A stretch of DNA of 64,000 bases from Gemmatimonadota bacterium (GCA_965116475.1 OZ220691.1:3488001-3552000), one strand, 5' to 3'. Numbered from the stretch's first letter, positions 20,586-31,448 are shown. Program-made: numbers and translations. Notes: generated from the sequence alone by a model not told the origin.

Positions 20586-21742
20586 CGGCGCGGGGATTCG
20601 ACCCCATCGCCGGGGCGCCGCCGAGCCGCACCGAGGACCTGCGGCACATGCGCGAGGCGCTGGCGGTGGCGCCGCGCGGGCAGGGCCGCGTGTCGCCGAA
20701 TCCGCTCGTGGGCGCCGTCGTGGCCCGGGGGAACCAGGTCTTCGGCACGGGGTGGCACGCGGAATACGGCGGCGATCATGCGGAAGTCATGGCGCTGCGG
20801 GAGGCCGGGCCGCGGGCGGCGGGCGCAACGCTGTACGTCACGCTCGAGCCGTGCCGCCACGAGGGGCAGACGCCCCCGTGCACCGCCGCCATCATCCGCT
20901 CCGGTGTGCGGCGCGTCGTGATCGCCTGCCGGGACCCCAATCCGGAGGCGCGCCATGGGGCGGAGGAGCTGCGGCAGGCCGGCCTGGACGTCGAAATCGG
21001 CATCGAGGAGAACGCCGCGAAACGGCTGAACGCGGCCTTCCTCTGGTTTCACCGGCGGTGGGTGCCCTTCGCCTCGCTCAAACTCGCGCTCTCCCTCGAC
21101 GCGAAGCTGGGAGAGGAGAGCGTTCGCACGCCGGTGACCGGCATACGGGCGCTCGACGAGGTCCACCGCCTTCGCTCCTGCAACGATGCGATCCTGATCG
21201 GTTCGAACACGATCGAGATCGACGATCCCCTGCTGACGGCCCGCGGCGAGGTCGTGCCGCGCGTACCGCCGATACGGGCGGTCCTGGACACCACGCTCCG
21301 GCTCCGAACGTCGAGTCAACTCGTGCGCACGGCCTCCCAGGCGCCCGTATGGGCCTTCGCCGACCCCGAGTCGGACGGCTTCGAGGAGCGCGCGGGCCCG
21401 CTCCGCGATGCGGGCGTGGAAGTGATCGGAGTGCCGCCGAGCGAGGACCACAGGCTCGATCTGGGCGCCGTCTGGAACGAAATGGCCATCCGCGGCGTGC
21501 TCTCGGTGCTCGTCGAGGGCGGAGGGCAGGTCGCCGCGTCGTTGCTGCGCGACGGGCACATCCAGCGGATCCATGCCTTCATCGCCCCCATGTTCTACGG
21601 GCGGGATGGCGTGCCGGCCTTTCCGGGTCTCGAGCCTTCGACGCCTGGCGACTGGCTGGCCGTGCAGCGAGAATCGCTGGGACAGGACACGCATGTCGTG
21701 TTCGAGCACCGCCAGCTCCAGGAAACCCTGGACAACCTCTGA
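20582..21742 (+). CDS. ribD: riboflavin biosynthesis deaminase/reductase
   Basis: PNPLVGAV, HAE, TLEPC..PPC, DDPLLTAR, VEGG. Confidence 0.94.
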   Translation: MTARGFDPIAGAPPSRTEDLRHMREALAVAPRGQGRVSPNPLVGAVVARGNQVFGTGWHAEYGGDHAEVMALREAGPRAAGATLYVTLEPCRHEGQTPPCTAAIIRSGVRRVVIACRDPNPEARHGAEELRQAGLDVEIGIEENAAKRLNAAFLWFHRRWVPFASLKLALSLDAKLGEESVRTPVTGIRALDEVHRLRSCNDAILIGSNTIEIDDPLLTARGEVVPRVPPIRAVLDTTLRLRTSSQLVRTASQAPVWAFADPESDGFEERAGPLRDAGVEVIGVPPSEDHRLDLGAVWNEMAIRGVLSVLVEGGGQVAASLLRDGHIQRIHAFIAPMFYGRDGVPAFPGLEPSTPGDWLAVQRESLGQDTHVVFEHRQLQETLDNL

Positions 21743-21754
21743 GCGGCCGGATTC

Positions 21755-22363
21755 GTGTTCACCGGAATCATACAGGCGGTTGGCGAGGTCGCGGGCCGTG
21801 AGCGCCGAAAGACCGGGCTGCGGCTGACGATCGCCCGCGTCCCGTTTCTCGAACGGCTCCGGGACGGAGATTCGGTGTCGCTCGCGGGTGTGTGCACGAC
21901 GGTCGTTGCGCTTGGAGAGGAGACCTTCGATGTCGATGTCGTCGAGGCCACGCTGGAGCGGACGACGGTCGGGAGGTGGGGGGTCGGCGATCCCGTGAAC
22001 CTCGAGCCTGCGCTGCGCGCCGGGGATCCGCTGGGCGGGCACATGGTCCAGGGACACATCGATGGGGTGGGGACCGTGACGGCGGCCAGGTGGGAAGGCG
22101 GGTCGGGCGTGCTCGAGATCGAACTCCCGGACGGCCTCGAGGGGGTGACCGTGCCGCAGGGCTCCCTCGCGGTCGACGGCGTGAGTCTCACGGTCAACCG
22201 CTTGAGCGGGGCCATCGCGCGCTTCGCCATCATCCCATATACATGGACCCACACGACCCTGGGGCGCCTCGTGTCCGGCGCGAGCGTCAACCTCGAGGCG
22301 GACCTGATCGGCAAGCACGTGGCGCGTGCCCTCCGACCACACGCGGCCCCGGCGGACCAGTAG
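21755..22363 (+). CDS. ribE: riboflavin synthase
   Basis: FTGII N-terminus, GGHMVQGHID, VDGVSLTV, VNLEAD. Confidence 0.95.
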   Translation: MFTGIIQAVGEVAGRERRKTGLRLTIARVPFLERLRDGDSVSLAGVCTTVVALGEETFDVDVVEATLERTTVGRWGVGDPVNLEPALRAGDPLGGHMVQGHIDGVGTVTAARWEGGSGVLEIELPDGLEGVTVPQGSLAVDGVSLTVNRLSGAIARFAIIPYTWTHTTLGRLVSGASVNLEADLIGKHVARALRPHAAPADQ

Positions 22364-22375
22364 GCTTCCGTTCGA

Positions 22376-23623
22376 ATGGAAACCGGGAAAGGATCTCGGC
22401 TGGCGGACATGGCCGCAGACACGGTGGAAGCGGCGATCGCGCGTATCCGCAGCGGCGGACTCGTGATCATCGCCGACGATGAAGATCGCGAGAACGAGGG
22501 GGACCTCGTCTGCGCGGCGGCGTTGGCGACGCCCGAGACGATCAACTTCATGGCCAGGCACGCCCGGGGACTCATCTGCCTCGCGATGCCCGATGAGATG
22601 GCCGATCGCCTCGATCTCCCGCTCATGACGGACGACCGGCTGGCCGATCCCAACAAGACGGCGTTCACCGTGTCGATCGATGCCCGCCAGGACTTCGGCG
22701 TGTCGACCGGGATCTCCGCGCAGGATCGCGCCCGGACCATCCGCGTCGCCGTGGATCCCCAGACGCGTCCCACGGACCTCATGCGTCCCGGCCACATCTT
22801 TCCGCTCCGCTCCCGGCCCGGCGGCGTGCTGCAGCGCGTGGGCCAGACGGAGGCGTCCGTCGATCTCGCCCGGCTCGCCGGACTCACCCCGGCGGGCGTG
22901 ATCTGCGAGATCCTCAACGAGGATGGGACGATGGCGCGCCGTCCGGAACTCGAGAAGTTCGCGGAGGAGCATGACCTTCCCTTCATCACGGTCGCTGCCC
23001 TCGTCTCCCACCGGTTGCGCACGGAGAGTCTCGTACGGCGCGTCGCCGAAGCGGACCTGCCCACGCCGTGGGGCGATTTCCGCATCGTCGGGTACGCGAA
23101 CGAGGTGGATGGGCGCGAACACGTCGCGCTGGTGCGCGGCGACGTGGCGGGTGCGGAAGATGTCCTCGTCCGCGTGCACTCGCGTTGCCTGACGGGCGAT
23201 GTGTTCCACTCGCACCGCTGCGACTGCGGCAGCCAGCTCGACGCCGCGATGCGGATGGTCGTGGAGGCCGGCGCCGGGGTCATCGTCTATCTCGACCAGG
23301 AAGGGCGGGGGATCGGGCTCCTGAACAAGCTCCGAGCCTACGAGCTTCAGGACGAGGGTCACGACACGGTCGAGGCGAACGAGGCGCTCGGCTTCCCGCC
23401 CGACCTGCGGAACTACGGCATCGGGGCCCAGATCCTCGTGGATCTCGGACTGCACTCGATCCGCGTCCTGACGAACAATCCGAAGAAGCTCGCGGGGCTG
23501 GAGGGGTTCGGCCTCGCGATCCGCGACCGCCTGCCGCTCGAGTTCGGCGGGGTCGACGACCGGGTGGTCCGCTATCTTCGCACGAAGCGCGAGAAGCTCG
23601 GACACCTGACCGGATCCGCGTGA
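22376..23623 (+). CDS. ribBA: DHBP synthase / GTP cyclohydrolase II
   Basis: DEDRENEGD, TGISAQDR, RVHSRCLTGD, CDCG, QEGRGIGL, TNNPKK. Confidence 0.96.
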   Translation: METGKGSRLADMAADTVEAAIARIRSGGLVIIADDEDRENEGDLVCAAALATPETINFMARHARGLICLAMPDEMADRLDLPLMTDDRLADPNKTAFTVSIDARQDFGVSTGISAQDRARTIRVAVDPQTRPTDLMRPGHIFPLRSRPGGVLQRVGQTEASVDLARLAGLTPAGVICEILNEDGTMARRPELEKFAEEHDLPFITVAALVSHRLRTESLVRRVAEADLPTPWGDFRIVGYANEVDGREHVALVRGDVAGAEDVLVRVHSRCLTGDVFHSHRCDCGSQLDAAMRMVVEAGAGVIVYLDQEGRGIGLLNKLRAYELQDEGHDTVEANEALGFPPDLRNYGIGAQILVDLGLHSIRVLTNNPKKLAGLEGFGLAIRDRLPLEFGGVDDRVVRYLRTKREKLGHLTGSA

Positions 23624-24144
23624 GAAGCGGGTCGGAACCTCCTCGCGGCGACGGCCCGGACGGCTTCACGCGCGGGCGTCTGAAGGAGTACGAGGGCGTG
23701 GCTTCGGGGAGCGGCCGGACGGTATGCATTCTCGTCAGCCGGTTCAACTCCCGGGTCACCGACCGCCTGCTGGAAGGCGCCGCGCGGACGGCGCTCGAAT
23801 GCGGCGTGGCCGAGGAGGATGTCGATATCGTGTACGTCCCCGGCGCCTGGGAACTGCCGCTCGCCGCGCGGCGAGCCGCCGCGCGCGGATACGCCGCCAT
23901 CGTCGCGCTGGGCTGCGTGATTCGCGGGGAAACCGCGCACTTCGACCACGTCAGCCGCGCGGCCACCGACGGCCTCGCAAGGGTACAGCTCGACGCGGGC
24001 GTGCCGGTCGGTCTCGGCGTGCTCACCCCGGACACGGTGGAGCAGGCACTCGCGCGGGCCGGCGGCGAACTCGGCAACGCCGGTGCGGAGGCCGCCCGCG
24101 CCGCGCTCCGCATGGCCGACCTCCACGAACGGCTGGGCGCGTGA
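23620..24144 (+). CDS. ribH: lumazine synthase (start uncertain)
   Basis: VSRFN, VPGAWELP, LGCVIRGETAHFDHV. Confidence 0.92.
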   Translation: MRSGSEPPRGDGPDGFTRGRLKEYEGVASGSGRTVCILVSRFNSRVTDRLLEGAARTALECGVAEEDVDIVYVPGAWELPLAARRAAARGYAAIVALGCVIRGETAHFDHVSRAATDGLARVQLDAGVPVGLGVLTPDTVEQALARAGGELGNAGAEAARAALRMADLHERLGA

Positions 24145-24575
24145 CGCCGACCGCCCGGACGCACGTACATTCGCGGGCCCGCAGCTGGGCGTTGAACTTC
24201 CTCTATGCGTGGGAAGTGGGCGGAGAGGGCACGCCGCTCGAACACGCGGCGCAGAGCCTCGTCCACCGCCGCATGTCCAAACGTTACCGCCCGCACGTCC
24301 GGCGTCTGCTCGAGACCGCGGGCCGCCATCTGGACGAGATCGACGCGACGATCGCTCATCACGCCTCCAACTGGCGGATCGAGCGCCTGCACGCCATCGA
24401 TCGCAACATCCTGCGAATCGGGATCGCGGAACTGCTGTGGTTCGAAGACGTGCCGCCGAAGGTCGCGATTCACGAAGCCCTGAAACTGGCGCGCCGGTAC
24501 GGCAGTCCCGGCAGTCCGCGCTTTCTCAACGGCGTGCTCGACGCGGTGCTGAAGGCCCGGGAGGCCGGGTCCTGA
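24141..24575 (+). CDS. nusB: transcription antitermination factor NusB
   Basis: NWRIERL..IDRNILR, VAIHEA, FLNGVLD; follows ribH. Confidence 0.93.
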   Translation: MTPTARTHVHSRARSWALNFLYAWEVGGEGTPLEHAAQSLVHRRMSKRYRPHVRRLLETAGRHLDEIDATIAHHASNWRIERLHAIDRNILRIGIAELLWFEDVPPKVAIHEALKLARRYGSPGSPRFLNGVLDAVLKAREAGS

Positions 24576-24583
24576 GCGAACCG

Positions 24584-25705
24584 GTGGCGCGGCCGCTCCG
24601 GATCCTCCTGCTCAACTGGCAGGACCGGGAGAACCCCGAGGCCGGCGGCGCCGAGGTGCACCTCCACGAGATCTTCGGCCGGCTCGCCGCCCGCGGACAC
24701 CTGGTGCGGGCCGTCGTGAGCGGCTGGCCGGGCGCGGCCCCCTCCACGACGCTGGACGGCATCGAGTTCCATCGGGTCGGAAACCGGCACAGCTACGCAT
24801 GGCGTGCCCGGCGCGCCGCGCGGGGGCTCGTGCGGGACTTCGCCCCCGATGTCCTCGTCGAGGACATCAACAAGATCCCGCTTTATTCGCCCCGTTGGGC
24901 CGGTGCCCCCGTGGTCGCGCTGGTACCGCACCTGTTCGGGGCCACGGCCTACGCGGAAGCGTCGATCCCCATCGCGACGGCGGTGTGGGCCGCGGAACGG
25001 GCGATCCCCGGCGTCTATCGGCACTGTCCCTTCCAGGCGATCTCGGAGAGCACGGCGCTCGACCTCACGAAGCGAGGCCTGCTCGCACGGGACATCACGG
25101 TCATCCCGCCCGGCATCGATCACGACACCTATCGTCCGGATCCAGGCACAGTGCGTGCGGAGGGGCCGACGCTGCTCTACGTGGGCCGCCTCAAGCGCTA
25201 CAAGGGCCTCGATGTCCTGCTCGAGGCGATGACGCGGCTGAGCGGCCGGCTGCCGGACGCGAGGCTCGTCATCGCCGGCCGCGGCAGCGACGAGCGTCGC
25301 CTGCGAAGGCTCGTGCGGCGCGCCGGACTCTCGCACCGGGTACGCTTTCTGGGGTACATCTCCGAGGAGGAGAAGGTCGCCTGGCTGCGCCGGGCCTGGG
25401 CCGTGGTCTATCCCTCTCCGAAGGAAGGGTGGGGAATGACGAACGTGGAGGCGGCCGCGTGCGGCACGCCGGTGATCGCGAGCGATTCGCCCGGGCTGCG
25501 CGAGTCGGTGGCGGCGGGGGAATCGGGCCTGCTCGCCCCGCACGGGGACGTCGCGGCGTGGGCGGCTTCGATCCGCGAAGTTCTCGAGCAGCCGTCGGTG
25601 CGCGAACGGCTCGGGAGGGGCGGGGTCGACCACGCGGCCCGGTTCTCGTGGTCGCGTGCAGCGGATGAGACGGAAGCGCACCTTTATCAATCACTCGAAC
25701 CCTGA
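24584..25705 (+). CDS. glycosyltransferase family 4 (start uncertain)
   Basis: AGGAE, YVGRLKRYKG, EGWGMTNVEAAACGTPV. Confidence 0.9.
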   Translation: MARPLRILLLNWQDRENPEAGGAEVHLHEIFGRLAARGHLVRAVVSGWPGAAPSTTLDGIEFHRVGNRHSYAWRARRAARGLVRDFAPDVLVEDINKIPLYSPRWAGAPVVALVPHLFGATAYAEASIPIATAVWAAERAIPGVYRHCPFQAISESTALDLTKRGLLARDITVIPPGIDHDTYRPDPGTVRAEGPTLLYVGRLKRYKGLDVLLEAMTRLSGRLPDARLVIAGRGSDERRLRRLVRRAGLSHRVRFLGYISEEEKVAWLRRAWAVVYPSPKEGWGMTNVEAAACGTPVIASDSPGLRESVAAGESGLLAPHGDVAAWAASIREVLEQPSVRERLGRGGVDHAARFSWSRAADETEAHLYQSLEP

Positions 25706-25714
25706 TGAGGACCG

Positions 25715-26062
25715 ATGCGAACCATCGTCACCGCGCGCAACACCGATGTCTCGGACATTCGCGAGATCATCGAGACGCGCTTTGCGAACCTGACTCGTTT
25801 CGAGCCGCGCGCGTCGAAGGCCGAGATCGTATTCACGGGAGAGAAGACGCAGGTGCGCGCGGCGGCCGTGATCAGCGTCGACCGCGCCCGCCCCGTGCAC
25901 GGCGAGGCGGCGGGTCCCGATCCCCGCACGGCGCTCGACCGGCTCGCGGACAAGCTCGGAAACCAGCTCCGCCGCAACCACGACCGGTACAACGAGCACT
26001 CGGCGCCGCCGATGGATGAGCTGTTCGGGAATCCCTTCGAGGCGGGCGGAGAAGCCGGGTGA
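25715..26062 (+). CDS. hpf: ribosome hibernation factor (HPF/RaiA family)
   Basis: IVTARN...ALDRLADKLGNQLRR; directly upstream of hprK. Confidence 0.8.
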   Translation: MRTIVTARNTDVSDIREIIETRFANLTRFEPRASKAEIVFTGEKTQVRAAAVISVDRARPVHGEAAGPDPRTALDRLADKLGNQLRRNHDRYNEHSAPPMDELFGNPFEAGGEAG

Positions 26063-27015
26063 CCCTCACGGTCGCGTCGCTGCTCCGACGCAAGCAGGAA
26101 GCGTTTTCGCTCACGGTCGTGGCCGGCGAGTCCGGCATCGAGCGCGAGATCGAGGTGCCGGAAGTCTCGTCGCCGGGACTCGCTCTGGCGGGCTACAGGG
26201 AACGCTTCGTCTCCCAGCGGGTGCTCATCTTCGGCGAAACGGAGATCGCCTATCTCGATAGCCTCCGCGGTTCGGAACGCGCCGCCGCTCTCAAGTTCGT
26301 GTTCGAGTCCGGCGTTCCCTGCGCGATCGTCACCAAGAACCAGGCGCCGCCGAAGGAACTGATCTCCGCGGCGGAGGCGGCCGGCGTGGCCGTGCTGGAA
26401 ACGCCCCTGAAGACGGGCGATTTCTACCGGAGGCTGCAGCCCTATCTCGAGGAAGAGTTCGCGCCCCGAACCTCTCTTCACGGGTCGCTCGCGGATGTGT
26501 ACGGGATCGGCCTCCTCTTCATCGGGCCCTCCGGCATCGGCAAGAGCGAGTGCGTGCTCGACCTCGTGGAGCGGGGCCACCGCCTCGTCGCCGACGATCT
26601 CATTCTCGTGCACCGCCGCCAGAGCGACATCCTCCTCGGGCGCGCGCACGAACACCAGCGCCATCACATGGAGATCCGGGGCGTGGGCATCATCGATGTG
26701 CGCGCCATGTTCGGGATCCGGGCCGTGCGCCAGCAGAAGCGGATCGAGGTCGTCGTCGAACTCGAGGTCTGGGGAGAGCGCGATGACTACGATCGAACGG
26801 GCCTGGAGGCGGAGGAGTGCGAGATCCTGGGCGTAAAGCTGCCGAAGGTCCGCATCCCCCTGAACCCGGGCAAGAACATCACCGTCATCGCCGAAGTCGT
26901 GGCGATGAACCATCTCCTGCGCTATTCCGGGGAAGACCCGGCGGCGGCGTTCGAGCGCGACCTCATCGAGCGCATGCGGCCGGTGCGCGACTACCTCGAG
27001 TCCGATGACGAATAG
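26059..27015 (+). CDS. hprK: HPr kinase/phosphorylase
   Basis: GPSGIGKSE, RGHRLVADD, EIRGVGIID, PGKN. Confidence 0.95.
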   Translation: MTLTVASLLRRKQEAFSLTVVAGESGIEREIEVPEVSSPGLALAGYRERFVSQRVLIFGETEIAYLDSLRGSERAAALKFVFESGVPCAIVTKNQAPPKELISAAEAAGVAVLETPLKTGDFYRRLQPYLEEEFAPRTSLHGSLADVYGIGLLFIGPSGIGKSECVLDLVERGHRLVADDLILVHRRQSDILLGRAHEHQRHHMEIRGVGIIDVRAMFGIRAVRQQKRIEVVVELEVWGERDDYDRTGLEAEECEILGVKLPKVRIPLNPGKNITVIAEVVAMNHLLRYSGEDPAAAFERDLIERMRPVRDYLESDDE

Positions 27016-27406
27016 CCGGGTCCGCGGCGTCGTCGTGGCGCATTCGGAACTCGCGCATGCCCTCGTGTCCGCCGTCGAGGCCATCAGCGGCGTCGGCGGC
27101 GCGCTGCATGCCGTGAGCAACGATGGTCTGGGACCCGACGAACTGGTCGAGATCATCGGAGAGGCGGCGGGCGGTGCGGAGGCGATCCTCTTCGTGGACC
27201 TTGCGGGCGGCAGTTGCAGCCTGGCCAGCCTTCGGCACGTGCGGGAGAGCGGCGGCGGCGCGTGGATCACGGGCGTCAACCTTCCGATGCTGCTCGACTT
27301 CGTCTTTCACCGCGAGATGCCGCTCGAAGCGCTCGTCCCGCGCCTTCTCCGGAAGGGACGGGCCGGACAGCGTGCGCACCCGCCTCCGTCGGCCGGGACC
27401 GACTGA
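27005..27406 (+). CDS. PTS mannose-family EIIA
   Basis: VVAH, FVDLAGGS, TGVNLPML. Confidence 0.88.
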   Translation: MTNSRVRGVVVAHSELAHALVSAVEAISGVGGALHAVSNDGLGPDELVEIIGEAAGGAEAILFVDLAGGSCSLASLRHVRESGGGAWITGVNLPMLLDFVFHREMPLEALVPRLLRKGRAGQRAHPPPSAGTD

Positions 27407-27415
27407 GCGGGACGC

Positions 27416-27895
27416 ATGCCGCTCGAACTCCTGCGGATCGATGAGCGTCTGATCCACGGACAGGTGCTCGTGGGTTGGGGGCGGCCCCTGGACCTCGATT
27501 TCTACGTCATCGTCGACGATCTGCTCGCCTCCAGCGAATGGGAGCAGGAACTCTGGGCCAGCGCGCTCGCCGACGAGGAGCGGGCCGAGTTCCTCGGGGT
27601 GGACGAGGCGGCACGGCGCTTCGGGGAGCTGAGCGCCCGGGTGGAACGCGGCGCGCTCCTGACGCGGGATACGGCGACGATGCGGGCGCTGGCGGAGCGG
27701 GGATGTCTCGACGGGCGGGCGGTGAACGTGGGCGGCGTGTACGCCGCGGGAGGGCGGCAGAAGATCCTCGACTACGTGCATCTCTCCCCGGCGGAGGTCG
27801 AGGATCTGCGGGTGATCGGTGAGCACGCTCCCGTGAGCGCCCGGAACCTCCCCACCGCACCCGAGGTCCGTCTCGACGCCCGGAAGCTTCGATGA
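27416..27895 (+). CDS. PTS mannose/sorbose-family EIIB
   Basis: RIDERLIHGQV, VNVGG. Confidence 0.9.
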   Translation: MPLELLRIDERLIHGQVLVGWGRPLDLDFYVIVDDLLASSEWEQELWASALADEERAEFLGVDEAARRFGELSARVERGALLTRDTATMRALAERGCLDGRAVNVGGVYAAGGRQKILDYVHLSPAEVEDLRVIGEHAPVSARNLPTAPEVRLDARKLR

Positions 27896-28590
27896 CCGGG
27901 GTGGAGCTTGCGGCGGGCGACTGGGCATTGGCCTGCCTGCTCGCCGCGGTCATCGGTCTCGACGAGGTGTCCTGGCCGCAGGCCATGTGGTCGCGGCCCA
28001 TCGTGGCCGGCACGCTGGGAGGGGTGCTTTTCGGGGCGCCCGCCGCGGGGTGCGTGGTCGGCGCCTGGCTGCAACTCGTCCTGTCGCGGCATCCCCCCTT
28101 CGGCGGTGCGCGGCATCCGGAGACCGGGCCGGCTTCGTTTACGGCGGGAGCGGCGTACGCGATCGGCGGCGGCGGCGCCCCGGCCGGCATCGTCGCCGCG
28201 GTGGCGGTCGGCTGGGCGGTCGGCTGGACGGGCGCGTACTCCGTGACGCTCCTCCGGCGCGTGACGCCGCGGCTCGTCTCGCGGCCGGACGGGTTTTCCG
28301 GAGGAGCTGCCGCCCTCGCGCGACGGCACAGGCTGGCGATGGCGCTGGACGGGCTGCGCGCCGGATTGCTCGTCGCCACGCTGCTCGTGCCGTCCGCGCT
28401 GTTCGTGCGCCTGCTGTCGGCGCAGCCACCCGGCGCGCCGGGCGCCGCCTGGTGGTTCGCCCTCGCCGGACTCGGGCTTGCCGGGGCCGCGGGCGTCGCG
28501 GCTCGCGGGCTCGGCGCGCGGGCCCGCCACTGGCCCGCACTGGCCGCCGGATGTGTCCTGGGAACGCTGCTTGCCCGGGTGTTCTCATGA
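27892..28590 (+). CDS. PTS mannose-family EIIC
   Basis: Hydrophobic; SRPIVAGTLGG; lies between EIIB and EIID. Confidence 0.8.
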   Translation: MTGVELAAGDWALACLLAAVIGLDEVSWPQAMWSRPIVAGTLGGVLFGAPAAGCVVGAWLQLVLSRHPPFGGARHPETGPASFTAGAAYAIGGGGAPAGIVAAVAVGWAVGWTGAYSVTLLRRVTPRLVSRPDGFSGGAAALARRHRLAMALDGLRAGLLVATLLVPSALFVRLLSAQPPGAPGAAWWFALAGLGLAGAAGVAARGLGARARHWPALAAGCVLGTLLARVFS

Positions 28591-29315
28591 GGCCGCGCCG
28601 GAGGGACTTCGCCCGCGCCGTCCTGCGCAGTTTCTCCATCCAGGGCTCATGGAACGACCGTACGATGACGGGGCCCGGCCTGGCGCATGCGCTCGCGCCG
28701 CTGCTGGCGCGCATCCACGCGGACGATCGCACCGCGTTCCGGGAGGCCGTGCAGCGCCATTCGCGCGCCTTCAACGCGCATCCGTACCTGGCCCCCGTCG
28801 CGATCGGGGCCCTTGCGCGTCTCGAGTCGGATGGCGCCGACCCCGACACCCTGTCGCGCTTCCGGTCCGCCCTCCGCGCGCCGCTCGGGGCCCTCGGCGA
28901 CGGCGTCGCGTGGGCCGGGTGGCGGCCCTTCTGCACGTCCGCCGCCGCCATCGCGTTCGTGCTGGGACTCGACGCCCTGTTCGCCGCCGGCGCGTTCCTC
29001 GTCGTGTACAATGCCGGCCACCTCGGCCTCCGCATCTGGGGGCTGCGCTGCGGCTGGCGAGCGGGCCGGTCCGTCGCATCGGCGTTGAAGCGCGCGCCGC
29101 TGCGCCGGCTGGAGAGGGCGCTCGTGCTCGCAAACCAGGTGCTCATCGGGGCCCTCGCCGCGCTGCTCATCGGCCAGCTTCCGGGAACCGGCCCCATCCC
29201 CTGGCGGGACGGCGGTGCAGTCATCGTGGCGTTGATGGGTTATCTTGTTCCGCGACACATCTCGGCGGTCGCCATGGCGAGCCTCCTTGCCGCGTGCGCG
29301 GCGTGGCTCCTGTGA
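28587..29315 (+). CDS. PTS mannose-family EIID
   Basis: IQGSWN..TM, FNAHPYL, PLGALGD. Confidence 0.85.
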   Translation: MRPRRRDFARAVLRSFSIQGSWNDRTMTGPGLAHALAPLLARIHADDRTAFREAVQRHSRAFNAHPYLAPVAIGALARLESDGADPDTLSRFRSALRAPLGALGDGVAWAGWRPFCTSAAAIAFVLGLDALFAAGAFLVVYNAGHLGLRIWGLRCGWRAGRSVASALKRAPLRRLERALVLANQVLIGALAALLIGQLPGTGPIPWRDGGAVIVALMGYLVPRHISAVAMASLLAACAAWLL

Positions 29316-29394
29316 GCGTCCCGGCAGGCGGTGCAGCCTGCCGCGACGCACGGCCCGACGCCGATCGTTCGCTCGACCGGAGCGGAGAGTTTCC

Positions 29395-29703
29395 GTGACC
29401 ACGCGACACGAAGCAGCGGTACGTATACGGAACCGGCTGGGGCTGCACGCCCGCCCGGCCGCGGAGTTCGTTAAGCTGGCGAGCCGCTTCCGGGCCGAGG
29501 TGTGGGTCGAGAAGGATGAACTGGAAGTGAACGGGAAGAGCATCATGGGCGTGATGATGCTCGCGGCCGAGGCCGGCGCTGCCATCCGTATCCGGGCCGC
29601 GGGGTCCGACGCGGAGAACGCCGTCGATTCGCTCACCGAACTCGTTCTGTCCGGGTTCAGCGAGGGACTCGCTCCGGACGTGGACACGGACGGGCCGGCG
29701 TGA
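29395..29703 (+). CDS. ptsH: phosphocarrier protein HPr
   Basis: GLHARPAA (His15) and NGKSIMGVMML (Ser46). Confidence 0.94.
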   Translation: MTTRHEAAVRIRNRLGLHARPAAEFVKLASRFRAEVWVEKDELEVNGKSIMGVMMLAAEAGAAIRIRAAGSDAENAVDSLTELVLSGFSEGLAPDVDTDGPA

Positions 29704-31448
29704 GCGAAGTCATTCACGGAATCGGGGCCGCGCCCGGACGTGCGCTCGGGGTGGTTCGGCGACTCGAGCGTCACGAGTGGCGGCCGGAGCACCGGACGAT
29801 CGCGCCCGACGCCGTCGAGCGTGAGGTGGCGCGTTTCGAGGAGGCGCTGGCCTGGGCCGCGGACCGTGTCCGGGACACGCGCGAACAGGCCGCGCGCTCG
29901 CTGGGCGAAGTGGAAGCGAACATCTTCGACCCGCAGATTCTGATCCTCTCGGACCCCGACCTCGTCGCGGGCACCATCCGCTATGTCCGGGAGAACTTCC
30001 TCTCGGCGGAGCGCGCCTTCGACTGGCGCCTGACCGAACTTCGGACGGCGATCATCGATGCGGGGCACTTCATGGTCGTCGACCGGCTGGCCGACCTGCG
30101 GGACATTCGGTCTCGCGTCCTCGCGCGGCTCACCGGCCACGACGAGGATCCGCTCGCACTTCCCGGGGAGCCCGGGCTCATCGCCGTTGACGACCTCACG
30201 CCCAGCTTCGCGGTGGGCCTCGACCCGGCACTCGTTCGCGGGGTGGCGAGCGGATCGGGGTCGCGAACCTCGCACAGCACCCTGGTCGCCCGCTCGCTGG
30301 GCATTCCGGCGGTCGTCGGACTCGGCGCCGACCTCGCGAAGATCGAAGATGGAACCACCGTCCTCCTCGACGGAGGCAACGGTCGGGTCCTCATCGAGCC
30401 CACGGACGCGGAGAAGGCGGCGCATGTGCGGATGGTCCGCCGCCTTGCCGGGCGTCCCGCCGCCGACCTCACGCGGGAACCCGCGCCTCTGCTGACGGCG
30501 GACGGGGTGCGCGTGCATCTCCGGGCGAACATCGATCAGCCGCACGATGTGCCGGCGGCCCGGCGTGTGGGCGCCGAGGGGGTGGGGCTCTTCCGGTCCG
30601 AGTTCCTGGTCATCGGGCGGCGGGTGATTCCGAGCGAGGAGGAGCAGTACGAAGCCTACCGCGAGGTCGTGGACGGGTTCCCGAACCACCCCGTGACGCT
30701 CCGGACGTTCGATATCGGCGGCGACAAGTTCCCGCTCTTCCTCGACCTTCCTCCGGAGGAAAACCCCTATCTGGGCTGGCGCGCCATCCGCGTCTGCCTG
30801 GACCGGCCGCAACTCTTCCGCAACCAGTTGCGCGCCGCGATCCGGGCCGGGGGGCCGTCAGCCCGCATGCGGATCCTCGTCCCCTTCGTCATCTGCGAGA
30901 CCGAGATCCTGCGCACGAAGGACATTGTGGCGGAAGTCGGCCGCGAACTGGGTCAGACGGAACCCGTTTCCTTCGGCGTGATGGTGGAGACGCCCGCGCT
31001 TGCCGACACGCTCGATCTCGTGGGGCGGCACCTGGATTTCATCAGTCTCGGCACGAACGACCTGACGCAGTATTCCCTGGCCGTGGACCGCGGCAACGCC
31101 CGGCTCCAGCATCTCTCGAACCCCATGCATCCCGCGCTCCTCCGCAGCTATGAGCGGATTGTCAACACGGCCACCGCCCTCGACCTCGACATCGGCGTTT
31201 GCGGAGACCTTGCCGCGGAGCCGGTAGGGCTCGCCCTCCTGCTCGCCCTCGGCTATCGGGACTTCAGTCTCGCGCCTGCGTCGATTCCCGAAGTGAGGGA
31301 ACTCGTCGGACTTCTTTCGGTGGCGGAGCTGTCGGAACTCTGGAACCGCGTCGGTCGCGATGGCTCCCCTTCCGGGATGCCCGGCGAAGTCCTCGCGCGG
31401 CTGGAGGACGCGATTCCGGTCGAACCGTCGCCGCTGTACGTCTCCTGA
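29700..31448 (+). CDS. ptsI: PTS enzyme I
   Basis: [45 protein letters not shown]. Confidence 0.94.
   Translation: MSEVIHGIGAAPGRALGVVRRLERHEWRPEHRTIAPDAVEREVARFEEALAWAADRVRDTREQAARSLGEVEANIFDPQILILSDPDLVAGTIRYVRENFLSAERAFDWRLTELRTAIIDAGHFMVVDRLADLRDIRSRVLARLTGHDEDPLALPGEPGLIAVDDLTPSFAVGLDPALVRGVASGSGSRTSHSTLVARSLGIPAVVGLGADLAKIEDGTTVLLDGGNGRVLIEPTDAEKAAHVRMVRRLAGRPAADLTREPAPLLTADGVRVHLRANIDQPHDVPAARRVGAEGVGLFRSEFLVIGRRVIPSEEEQYEAYREVVDGFPNHPVTLRTFDIGGDKFPLFLDLPPEENPYLGWRAIRVCLDRPQLFRNQLRAAIRAGGPSARMRILVPFVICETEILRTKDIVAEVGRELGQTEPVSFGVMVETPALADTLDLVGRHLDFISLGTNDLTQYSLAVDRGNARLQHLSNPMHPALLRSYERIVNTATALDLDIGVCGDLAAEPVGLALLLALGYRDFSLAPASIPEVRELVGLLSVAELSELWNRVGRDGSPSGMPGEVLARLEDAIPVEPSPLYVS

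Noticed and set aside
11042..23605. Very long minus-strand ORFs (e.g. 12852-15977, 20231-23605) and similar ones elsewhere
   Set aside because: Antisense shadows of well-supported + strand genes, expected from high-GC codon bias; no recognisable motifs.
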